A stretch of 36,596 nucleotides of DNA, taken from assembly GCA_031402215.1 (NCBI GenBank), contig JANNSE010000062.1, positions 1 through 36,596 on the forward strand, read 5' to 3'. Numbering within the stretch: the first letter of the stretch is position 1; the number at the start of each line of letters is the position of its first letter. The notes below the pieces were generated by a model that saw nothing but the letters and a program-made list of their open reading frames with translations, did not search any database and had not been told where the DNA came from. Positions 9,598 to 17,466 of this stretch are shown in pieces. The DNA is from Candidatus Woesearchaeota archaeon. Lineage in GTDB: Archaea > Nanobdellota > Nanobdellia > Woesearchaeales > UBA9642. The position numbers and the translations under genes were made by a program.

Positions 9598-9724
9598 AAT
9601 TCTTCCTCACTCAATGAAAGTCGTTACATATAATAAATTATTGCGAATACCATTACATGTATTGTCTTACAATATTTATCTAATCGCCCCACCTTTTTTA
9701 TTAAAATTATAAAACATAAAACCA

Positions 9725-10990
9725 TTAAAATATCTTTATACCATGACGTTTTTCGTTGATTACCGCATTGTATATCTCAATACACTTCTCTGCTGGTACA
9801 TTCCAACTAAAAGTATGAACTTCCATGAAACCGTGTTTTGATAGTTCATGATGTAAACTTCTATAATTTAATACTGTAATCATCTTATTTGCTAATTCAT
9901 CTATATCCCAGAAATCAACTTTCAATGCATGTTTCAACACTTCGCTAACACCTGATTGTTTTGATATGATAACTGGAACATTATTTCTCAAAGCTTCCAA
10001 AGGAGTAATACCGAATGGCTCACTAACTGAAGGCATTACGTATAGGTCTGCTGCTTGATATGCCTTATCAACTGCATTTCCAGAAACGAATCCTGCGAAT
10101 AAGACTTTATTACCTATGCCTAGCTGTGCTACGCGATCTATTAATCTTGCTTCCATATCACCGCTTCCAGCAATAATAAATTTAACATCAGGATCAAAGT
10201 CTAAAACTTTCTTTGCTGCTTCAATAAAATAATCAGGACCTTTTTGTAAAGTGAGTCTTCCTAAGAATAATACTACTTTTTCTTGTTTCTTTATATCAAA
10301 TACTTTTTCATCATTACTAAACTCTACAGCATTATGTACTACCACTATCTTCTTTTCTGGAATACCGTAATGTTCCATAATCTTTTGTTTTGTGAAATAT
10401 GATACTGCTGCTACTCTATCAGCGAACTCCATACCGCCTTTTTCAATACCATAAACGTAATCATTTATGCTATTTCCACCTGTTCTATCAAATTCAGTAG
10501 CGTGAACATGTACAACTAATGGCTTTCCAGAAACTTTCTTTGCTTCTATTCCTGCCGGGAACGTCATCCAATCATGGCAATGTATTACATCGAAATCTTC
10601 GCTTTCTGCAATCATTCTTGCAGCCAAGCTTAAGCGATATACTTCATCATGAATATTCTTACCATATATAATTTTAGAACTATCGCCACCACGTTTTTCT
10701 AGTAGCTTAACATAATTATCATATTCTTGTCTATATTGCGTATCGGAAAGGTAAGGTGTCAATAAAGTATCAATTTTTTTTACCTTTAAATTATACTTGT
10801 AAAGGTTAGAAGCAATCATTAGTTTGACGAATTCAGCTTTCATATCTTCTGGACCGTTTGGCATAACGAAAGTTACTTCAACATTCTTATTTGTCAAGCC
10901 TTTAGTTAAACCGTAACAAGCGGTACCAAGACCTCCAGACATGAATGGAGGAAACTCCCATCCAAACATAAGTACTTTTAATTTATGCAT
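9725..10990 (-). CDS. GT-B retaining glycosyltransferase, GT4/GT5 glycogen(starch) synthase-like
   Basis: KVLMFGWEFPPFMSGGLGTACYGL is a glycogen-synthase-type N-terminus. EPFGITPLEAL is the E-x7-E block. I chose ATG 10990 because the track GTG 10996 is part of the GAGGTG SD. Confidence 0.8.
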   Translation of the reverse strand: MHKLKVLMFGWEFPPFMSGGLGTACYGLTKGLTNKNVEVTFVMPNGPEDMKAEFVKLMIASNLYKYNLKVKKIDTLLTPYLSDTQYRQEYDNYVKLLEKRGGDSSKIIYGKNIHDEVYRLSLAARMIAESEDFDVIHCHDWMTFPAGIEAKKVSGKPLVVHVHATEFDRTGGNSINDYVYGIEKGGMEFADRVAAVSYFTKQKIMEHYGIPEKKIVVVHNAVEFSNDEKVFDIKKQEKVVLFLGRLTLQKGPDYFIEAAKKVLDFDPDVKFIIAGSGDMEARLIDRVAQLGIGNKVLFAGFVSGNAVDKAYQAADLYVMPSVSEPFGITPLEALRNNVPVIISKQSGVSEVLKHALKVDFWDIDELANKMITVLNYRSLHHELSKHGFMEVHTFSWNVPAEKCIEIYNAVINEKRHGIKIF

Positions 10991-11375
10991 GCTCACCTCA
11001 AACTGACCTAAAAATAAAATAACAAAAACAAATTGAATAAAATAATAAATTCGAAAACAGTTAAAGTAATACTAATTCATACTACTCTAACTAAACCACC
11101 ACACCACTACCTAATTTGATTTAAGTATTAATTAAGTATTCTCTGATGCATGATATATAAAAATGTTTCTATTTTTTTGACGTTTTTTTCGTGAAAACTA
11201 CTAATTAAAACACCACTTTTGAATGTACAAAGAGTGGTTGAATTTTGAAATTTCCGCATAAAAAATGCCACAAGATATTAATTAGTTAATTAGTTTAGTT
11301 ATTACTAAATATAATAAGTTTAATCAATTTGCTATAATCTAAATATTTATATAGTTGTTTGATTCCAATAATTTC

Positions 11376-12050
11376 ATGACTGATGAATTTAATCCAGAGA
11401 TACTCTCAAATAATAGATGGGTAATTCTAAAAGAAATTGCCGAAGTTCCACAGTCACCAAGCGACCTAGCATTAAAGACAGGAACAAGCTTATCAAACAT
11501 AACTCAACATCTAAAACTTCTTGAAGCATATAAGATTGTTCGAAAAGATAAATCTGAAGAAAAGAGTGCAGGTAAGCCAAGAACAATATATTCATTAAAT
11601 GTGGAGCTAGCATACGCCTTAGTATTAAAAGAGGGCAAGGCTGAACGTAAGATATTCAATGTTGATAGCAGCAACAACATGTTCTTTGACGTACTATTCA
11701 GCATGAGCCATGATGACTTAATGTTCATGCTAAAATTCATATTCAAATATGAAGAAGTGTTAAAGAAGTGTAAAGCCATAGGATACTTAAAGTCATCCAA
11801 AGACAGCATAGAATTATTCCTAATAACAGATCACTTGGATGAGATTAGATCCAAATTTAGTAACATATTCATTGAAGATCACCATGGAAAGACTAAGAAG
11901 ATAATCAATTGGAGCCATAATGAGTTCGAGATTAATGACGGTTTACACCGTAAGGACAAGTACTTCATGGACATGATAAAGAACGTTCAGATTGTTCATG
12001 ATTCGCAAAACATTCTGTTACACATAAAGGGAGTAAGAGAAACTCTGTAA
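11376..12050 (+). CDS. ArsR-type winged-helix transcription regulator with a C-terminal domain of unknown function
   Basis: RWVILKEIAEVPQSPSDLALKTGTSLSNITQHLKLLEAYKIVRK...GKPRTIYSL is a typical ArsR HTH plus wing. ATG 11376 sits 26 nt from the TATA-like TTTATATA at 11346-11353, so I prefer it over TTG 11355. Confidence 0.7.
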   Translation: MTDEFNPEILSNNRWVILKEIAEVPQSPSDLALKTGTSLSNITQHLKLLEAYKIVRKDKSEEKSAGKPRTIYSLNVELAYALVLKEGKAERKIFNVDSSNNMFFDVLFSMSHDDLMFMLKFIFKYEEVLKKCKAIGYLKSSKDSIELFLITDHLDEIRSKFSNIFIEDHHGKTKKIINWSHNEFEINDGLHRKDKYFMDMIKNVQIVHDSQNILLHIKGVRETL

Positions 12051-12071
12051 AGCAAAAGTGAGTTGACAATA

Positions 12072-12401
12072 ATGAACAAAATTGTAAGATTCTTGGATGA
12101 GTTGAATGATGAAGAGATATACGAATTTGAGAAAGATATAAAGAGCGGTACAATCCAGAAGTTTATAGATCAAAAAAAGGAATACTTTAAAATCAAAGAT
12201 AAAGCATGCAGTGCATGCGGTAATAATGTGAACGAAGACAGTCTTGTCCTAATATATGGTGATCCTCGCATAGGAATTAGACGTAAAGCACATTTTTGTG
12301 GTACAGATTGTATGGAATACTTTGTAAACAACAGCATTAGAAAGAAAGTGAGTACAAAAAGCAAAAAGGATATTAAGAAGAATAGTGCTAAACATAAATA
12401 A
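12072..12401 (+). CDS. small zinc-ribbon protein (CxxC...CxxxC), unknown function
   Basis: CSACG and CGTDC cysteine pairs lie ~30 residues apart, followed by a basic C-terminal tail. The start could be ATG 12072 or TTG 12063. Confidence 0.5.
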   Translation: MNKIVRFLDELNDEEIYEFEKDIKSGTIQKFIDQKKEYFKIKDKACSACGNNVNEDSLVLIYGDPRIGIRRKAHFCGTDCMEYFVNNSIRKKVSTKSKKDIKKNSAKHK

Positions 12402-12410
12402 AGGTGCGAA

Positions 12411-12638
12411 ATGGCTATGATGAGATTGCGAGCATTGTATGAAAAACGTAGAACGAATCTCGTTAGCTTATTGGAAAGGAATCCTAAATTGGATCCGGCC
12501 AGACAACACCAAATATATGGAGCGATATGCGAAATAGACACGCTATTAAAAACCATTGATCATTTGCGTGAACAAGAGATTCAAGAAAATTTTGAACTTG
12601 AAGCAAAAGGTAAAGGAGAGAGCCCGAGCAGAGTTTAA
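12411..12638 (+). CDS. 75-aa helical protein, free-standing copy of the module fused to the downstream rubrerythrin
   Basis: AAGGTG SD lies 4 nt upstream of the ATG. By eye it is roughly 45-50 percent identical to residues 1-68 of the 12692-13480 product. Confidence 0.6.
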   Translation: MAMMRLRALYEKRRTNLVSLLERNPKLDPARQHQIYGAICEIDTLLKTIDHLREQEIQENFELEAKGKGESPSRV

Positions 12639-12691
12639 TAATAGTCAAATAAAAGAGCGTGACATAGACAAACAAAGTTATAGGTGAAATT

Positions 12692-13480
12692 ATGCCATTG
12701 AGAAGATTAAAAGATATATATGATAAGCGTAAATCAACGCTAAAAAGTGCATTAGAACATACAGGTATGGATAAAGAAAGAAGAGCCGAGATTACTGGAG
12801 CTATTTCTGAAATTGATGCGTTAATAAAAACAATTGATACTTTAAGACAGCAAGAAATAGAAGATAACAGACTGTTAGAAGTCAAAGGAAGATCTACCGT
12901 TCTTGATAATATTCCAATTGTAAATAAATTTAATGATAAAAACAAGAGCAAGTTTGAGAACTCTGGAACAAAACATAATTTGAATGAAGCATTTCTAAAG
13001 AAATGCGAGGCTAGAACTAAATACGAACTATACGGAGCACTAGCTAAAGATGAGGGCTTTGATCATGTTGCACACATATTTTTTGAGACTGCAATAAATG
13101 AACGTGAACAAGCAAGAATAATACTAGAATATATGCATGAGACAAAAACAACAATTAACAATCTTAAGGATGCTGCTGATGCTGAAAGAAAGTACCATGA
13201 TTATTATTATACAAGCTATGAGAAGATTGGTACGGAAGAGAAGTATCCTGTGATAGTTGAATTCTTTAAAGAATTAGCACAAATCGATGCAGAGCACGAA
13301 AAGAGATTCTTGAAATTAATCAAGAGCTTTAACGAAAAGAAGATATTCAAGAAAGACATAATCGTTAAATGGCGATGCAAAGAGTGCGGATACATAGTAG
13401 AAAATCGTGAAGCTCCAAACAGTTGTAAGGTCTGTAAAGGACACAAAGGAAAGTTCGAAGTATATCATGAAGTGTTTTAG
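12692..13480 (+). CDS. rbr: rubrerythrin-like protein (four-helix ferritin-like domain plus C-terminal rubredoxin-type CxxC..CxxC) with a novel ~70-aa N-terminal module
   Basis: GFDHVAHIFFETAINEREQARI, AQIDAEHEKRF and WRCKECGY...CKVCKG are co-linear with Desulfovibrio-type rubrerythrin. TAGGTGA SD lies upstream. Confidence 0.85.
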   Translation: MPLRRLKDIYDKRKSTLKSALEHTGMDKERRAEITGAISEIDALIKTIDTLRQQEIEDNRLLEVKGRSTVLDNIPIVNKFNDKNKSKFENSGTKHNLNEAFLKKCEARTKYELYGALAKDEGFDHVAHIFFETAINEREQARIILEYMHETKTTINNLKDAADAERKYHDYYYTSYEKIGTEEKYPVIVEFFKELAQIDAEHEKRFLKLIKSFNEKKIFKKDIIVKWRCKECGYIVENREAPNSCKVCKGHKGKFEVYHEVF

Positions 13481-13549
13481 GATTGTTATCGCAATCCCAC
13501 TTAAAGTCATAAAAAAGTTTATATATCTTTGAGTGCGTCTGAGTCTTTA

Positions 13550-14584
13550 ATGCGAAAGAATCTTACAATTATAGCCGCGTACGCTTTTGGACATTTTTAT
13601 ATTGACTTTATTTGTTCTCTAATCTTATCTTTAATACTCTTCAAGAATTCTACTACTGTTCCGCAGATTGCAGTTTTATTTGTACTATACAACCTAATTG
13701 CTTTCGGTACACAACCTTTCTTTGGATTTTTAGCCGATAAGTATAAGAAAGCACAATTAAGCGCTATTATCGGAATACTAATCACAACTGCTGGCATGAT
13801 TTTTTTCTTTAAACCAACTATCGCAGTTATTCTTTTAGGAATCGGAAATGCACTGTATCATGTTGGCGGAGGAATTGTTGTTCTTAATCTAGAGCCATCA
13901 AAAGCAAAATATCCTGGAATATATGTTGCTCCTGGAGCATTAGGCTTATTTCTAGGAGGCCTCTTAGGTTATCTTCAAGTTAATCCTTGGTTCTTCATAA
14001 TAGGAGGAGTACTTGTCAGCGGAATTTTAATTAGTACAATACGAACTATTCAGATTCCAAAAATTAAGAAGTTCAAAGAGAAAAAAGTGAGTTTAATAGG
14101 AGTAGTTTCCATACTATTACTCGTATCGGTCTGTATGCGTTCGTTAATTAGCGATTCTTTACATTTGAGTTGGAAGACAGTATTTATTTACGGCTTAATA
14201 TTAACATTAGCAGTTACTTTGGGCAAATTCTTTGGAGGAATTCTAGCAGATAAGTATGGTTTTATGAGAGTAGGATTAATCGGATTATTAATTGCGGCTC
14301 CACTACTAATTTTCTTCCAGTCCGTGCCAATACTAGTCTTTATAGGAATTTTTTGCTTCAATATAGTCATGCCAATAACATTGACTGCAGTTGCTGAAGC
14401 ATTTCCTAATTATAAAGGATTTGCATTCGGATTAACAACGCTTGCATTAGCTATAGGTTATGTGTTATTTATGGCACTTAAAGGTCACGTTGTGATTGGA
14501 ATCGTATTCACATCGATTGTTATTGCTATTAATATTGTCAGTCTATATTTCGGATTAAAAAAATATGCGGAGATGAAAACATGA
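13550..14584 (+). CDS. polytopic membrane transporter, MFS-like
   Basis: About 10-12 hydrophobic helices. (F/I)LADKY occurs once in each half (GFLADKYKK, GGILADKYGF), suggesting internal two-fold duplication. ATG 13550 lies 29 nt from the TATA-like TTTATATA at 13518-13525. Confidence 0.6.
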   Translation: MRKNLTIIAAYAFGHFYIDFICSLILSLILFKNSTTVPQIAVLFVLYNLIAFGTQPFFGFLADKYKKAQLSAIIGILITTAGMIFFFKPTIAVILLGIGNALYHVGGGIVVLNLEPSKAKYPGIYVAPGALGLFLGGLLGYLQVNPWFFIIGGVLVSGILISTIRTIQIPKIKKFKEKKVSLIGVVSILLLVSVCMRSLISDSLHLSWKTVFIYGLILTLAVTLGKFFGGILADKYGFMRVGLIGLLIAAPLLIFFQSVPILVFIGIFCFNIVMPITLTAVAEAFPNYKGFAFGLTTLALAIGYVLFMALKGHVVIGIVFTSIVIAINIVSLYFGLKKYAEMKT

Positions 14585-14811
14585 AGAAAAATATGAAATT
14601 AACATTAGGACTATTAAGTTCGGCACTAGCTGTAACACCATTTGTAGCAGCAGACATGAGAGCAGGGCCGGAATTGTTAATAATACCGATTGTGGCACTT
14701 TCATTGTTAGCAGGATTTATCGTAGGAGCAGTATTCTTAATATTGTGGATTGTTAAAACAATTAGAAATAAGAATAATAAAGTAACACCATTACAACGCA
14801 AAAGAAAATAA
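14581..14811 (+). CDS. small secreted/membrane-anchored protein (76 aa)
   Basis: ATGA start/stop overlap with the upstream transporter. GGAG lies 8 nt upstream. It has an N-terminal signal-like segment, one TM helix and a basic tail. Confidence 0.45.
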   Translation: MKKNMKLTLGLLSSALAVTPFVAADMRAGPELLIIPIVALSLLAGFIVGAVFLILWIVKTIRNKNNKVTPLQRKRK

Positions 14812-14823
14812 GATGCCAATAAA

Positions 14824-15204
14824 ATGCTTAGCTACATAATTTCTATTTTATTATTATTTTTAGTTCTTACGATAATTATAGAATTAGGAGTATGGAAAAT
14901 TCTTAGTTTAATATTTAAGACATACAAAGCGCGTAATTGGGAAATGATTGCTTGGTCGATAATTGCTATTAATGTAGCAACAAACCCTGCATTCAATATT
15001 ATTTCAATGATGATTGATTCTACTAGAGATCGTATGTTCTTGGAATTCGGATTAGACATATTGATTATATTCGTAGAAGCAGGATTATTATATCTAATTT
15101 ATAGAAAAGAATTCAGTAAACTTCTTTGGTTATCAACAGCGATGAACGTTGCTTCTTACGGAATAGGTTTATTGTTATTTAGACCAAATTGGTGGATTAA
15201 TTAG
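14824..15204 (+). CDS. small integral membrane protein (about 4 TM helices)
   Basis: The hydrophobicity pattern supports this call; I recognise no family. Confidence 0.5.
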   Translation: MLSYIISILLLFLVLTIIIELGVWKILSLIFKTYKARNWEMIAWSIIAINVATNPAFNIISMMIDSTRDRMFLEFGLDILIIFVEAGLLYLIYRKEFSKLLWLSTAMNVASYGIGLLLFRPNWWIN

Positions 15205-15758
15205 AAAGCTTTTCCTAGCCCTATAATTCCATCTGTTTCTTTTAGATTATACTTAATAATCCAAGTATAACCGCCTTTAAATCTCACACCTACACCTAGT
15301 TCAATGGACAGAGGTCTAAGCTTTGATTCATCTATCATCCCGTCTGGATAATGCTTCTCACCATAATGAGAATAGGAAATACCTCCAATAAAAAAATCAG
15401 TATATCCTTTCGTAAAATCTTTTTCTAAATAAGCTGTTCCACCTACAGTTACTTTAACATGATTCTTTATGTAATTACCATTTAGAAGATTGTAGTTTCC
15501 CCACGAGCCTGCACAATATACTCCAAATTTAGATAATCTCTTTTCTAAACTTAAACCTATACCTGCATCTGTTGGTTGAAACGTGAAATATAATACGTGA
15601 GGTTTTTCTATTCTTAGAGGCATACAATCCGCATAAAAATTAGAAAAATAATCTTTCTCTGCTGCTTGTCCATTCGTTTTATTCATCGGTAGAAAACTTG
15701 CTAATAAAATCGGTACACCATATAATAGACTTGTCAGTGTTCTTTTTTTATTTACCAT
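15201..15758 (-). CDS. secreted protein with predicted 8-strand beta-barrel pattern (OmpA/OmpX/OmpW-like appearance)
   Basis: N-terminal signal/anchor (TLTSLLYGVPILLASFLP). About eight alternating hydrophobic-hydrophilic strands follow (HVLYFTFQP, GIGLSLE, FGVYCAGSWGNY, VKVTVGGTAYL, DFFIGGISYSHY, LSIELGVGVRF, YTWIIKYNL, GIIGLGKAF). The C-terminal residue is Phe. Confidence 0.5.
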   Translation of the reverse strand: MVNKKRTLTSLLYGVPILLASFLPMNKTNGQAAEKDYFSNFYADCMPLRIEKPHVLYFTFQPTDAGIGLSLEKRLSKFGVYCAGSWGNYNLLNGNYIKNHVKVTVGGTAYLEKDFTKGYTDFFIGGISYSHYGEKHYPDGMIDESKLRPLSIELGVGVRFKGGYTWIIKYNLKETDGIIGLGKAF

Positions 15759-15837
15759 TTTAATTTCTAGAGGAATAAATCCTACTCAATAACATTGTTA
15801 CTTCAGAGTAGTATATAAAGTTGATTGTTTAAGAAAT

Positions 15838-17403
15838 CTATATCTCTTCCCACTTTCTTTCGCCAGAGATTAACATTTCAACGAAGTGTTTAACTTGACT
15901 TATTGGAATTCTCTTTTGTTCTTCTGTGTCTCTGTTTCGTATAGTCACAGTGTGTTTCTTCTCGGAATTTTCGTCTATAGAATCATAATCTACAGTTATA
16001 CAGAATGGCGTTCCTGATTCATCTTCACGTAAATATCTTTTACCTATGCTTCCTGCAGCATCATATCTTACGCTGAATTCTTTTTGTAAAGTATCATAAA
16101 TCTTCTTTGCAACTTCTGTTAATCCATCTTTTTTCATAAGAGGGAACACTGCAACTTGTACTGGACTCATGTGCCAAGGTACTGAGAATTTAGTTTTACC
16201 TTCTTTCTCGTCTATTCTACTGTAGAATAAATCTAATAATGCGAATGTTGGTCTGTCTGTTCCGAATGCTATTTCAATTATATTTGGAACTTCATTTTTC
16301 TCTTCTTTAGTTTCAGCTTTTGATTCTTCATTGAACAAATGTAAATCTTTACCTGAATGTTTTCCGTGTTGTGTTAAATCATAATTTGTTCTATCATGTA
16401 CACCACATAGTTCTGTCCATCCGAAACTATTCAATTTACACTCTATATCCCATGCATCTTCTGCGTAGAATGCTTTCTCGTCAGGATAATGTTGTCTTAA
16501 TCGTAATTTATCTTCTGGAATTCCTAAATTTCTGAATAATGAATATGCAATATATACTGACCAAGCATATGCTTTATTTTTGAAATTCCCATGTTCTAAA
16601 GCATCATGTACTGTCGTCATCTTTGGTTCTAATTCTTTTTCTTGCGATTGCCAAGGCCATAATGGAAGTTTTTCATGTTTTACTTCCTCATATTTTTCGA
16701 AATTATTTTTTTGTTCTTTGAATAAGAATATTTGTGCTTCTGCTTGTGTGAATTCTCTACATCTGATAACGTGTTGTCTTGGACTTATCTCATTTCTGTA
16801 CGCTTTACCTATTTGGAATACTGCGTAAGGTAATTTTTTTCTGAAAAAATCATTATATCTTAAGAAAGGTAAGTATGTTGTTGTTGCTGTTTCTGGTCGA
16901 TTATATGCTTCTACGTCAAGACCTATTGTTGTCTTCATCATTAATGTGTGTCTCTTAACTTGTTTTAAGAAATCTGATTTACAACTTGGACACTTAATGT
17001 GATTCGCACTCAACATATCTAATAATTCTTGATCAGTCTTGTGATCTGTGACTTCTTCAGGAGCTATTTCCTTAATCAAATTATCTGCACGGAAATTTGC
17101 CTTACATTTTGAACATGTGATTACAGGATCAGTAAATCCGCCCAGGTGTCCTGATGCTTCCCAAACTTCTTTCTGCATAACAGTAGGACACTCAACTTCC
17201 CAAAAAGCGTTCTTTGTGTATAATTTTCTTATTTCTCTCTCGACGTTATTTTTAAGAAGTTTTCCTAACGGAGCATAAGTATAGAATCCTGCTAAGCCTC
17301 CGTATATTTCCGGTTCTGGACCCCAAACAAATCCCTTTTGTTGTATAAAACTAACTAACTCATCATAGAATTGTGAACTTGATTTAGTATTTTCTTCCGT
17401 CAT
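15838..17403 (-). CDS. glyS: glycine--tRNA ligase (class II, alpha2 archaeal/eukaryotic type)
   Basis: GLAGFYTYAPLG, IGKAYRNEISPR (motif 2) and EIAFGTDRPTFALL (motif 3), plus a C-terminal anticodon-binding domain. A TATA-like element lies ~26 nt upstream. Confidence 0.93.
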   Translation of the reverse strand: MTEENTKSSSQFYDELVSFIQQKGFVWGPEPEIYGGLAGFYTYAPLGKLLKNNVEREIRKLYTKNAFWEVECPTVMQKEVWEASGHLGGFTDPVITCSKCKANFRADNLIKEIAPEEVTDHKTDQELLDMLSANHIKCPSCKSDFLKQVKRHTLMMKTTIGLDVEAYNRPETATTTYLPFLRYNDFFRKKLPYAVFQIGKAYRNEISPRQHVIRCREFTQAEAQIFLFKEQKNNFEKYEEVKHEKLPLWPWQSQEKELEPKMTTVHDALEHGNFKNKAYAWSVYIAYSLFRNLGIPEDKLRLRQHYPDEKAFYAEDAWDIECKLNSFGWTELCGVHDRTNYDLTQHGKHSGKDLHLFNEESKAETKEEKNEVPNIIEIAFGTDRPTFALLDLFYSRIDEKEGKTKFSVPWHMSPVQVAVFPLMKKDGLTEVAKKIYDTLQKEFSVRYDAAGSIGKRYLREDESGTPFCITVDYDSIDENSEKKHTVTIRNRDTEEQKRIPISQVKHFVEMLISGERKWEEI

Positions 17404-17466
17404 ACATTATCGAGAATAACTAAGATTTAAAAAGATTGTTTTTATGATTGTCTTAGTCCATTATTC

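Noticed and set aside
11140-11200. Possible C/D-box sRNA in the 358-bp divergent spacer (CTGATGCATGAT resembles a C box)
   Set aside because: There is no CTGA D or D' box at the appropriate distance and no terminal stem. The sequence overlaps a TATA-like ATATATAAAA, so it is more likely promoter DNA.
11207-11240. Imperfect hairpin ACCACTTTTG...CAAAGAGTGGT in the same spacer
   Set aside because: The stem is short and interrupted, it is a single occurrence, and I can attach no functional context to it.
11389-12951. Minus-strand ORFs (74, 101, 62, 128 and 155 aa) overlapping the ArsR / Zn-ribbon / rubrerythrin operon
   Set aside because: They run antisense to genes with recognisable domains and SDs. 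Their leucine/serine-rich composition is typical of non-coding frames in AT-rich DNA.
15782-15811. Inverted repeat CTACTC...GAGTAG between the GlyRS stop and the beta-barrel gene start
   Set aside because: The stem is 6 bp with an 18-nt loop. This is compatible with a trivial terminator or chance in AT-rich DNA and is not distinctive enough to report.
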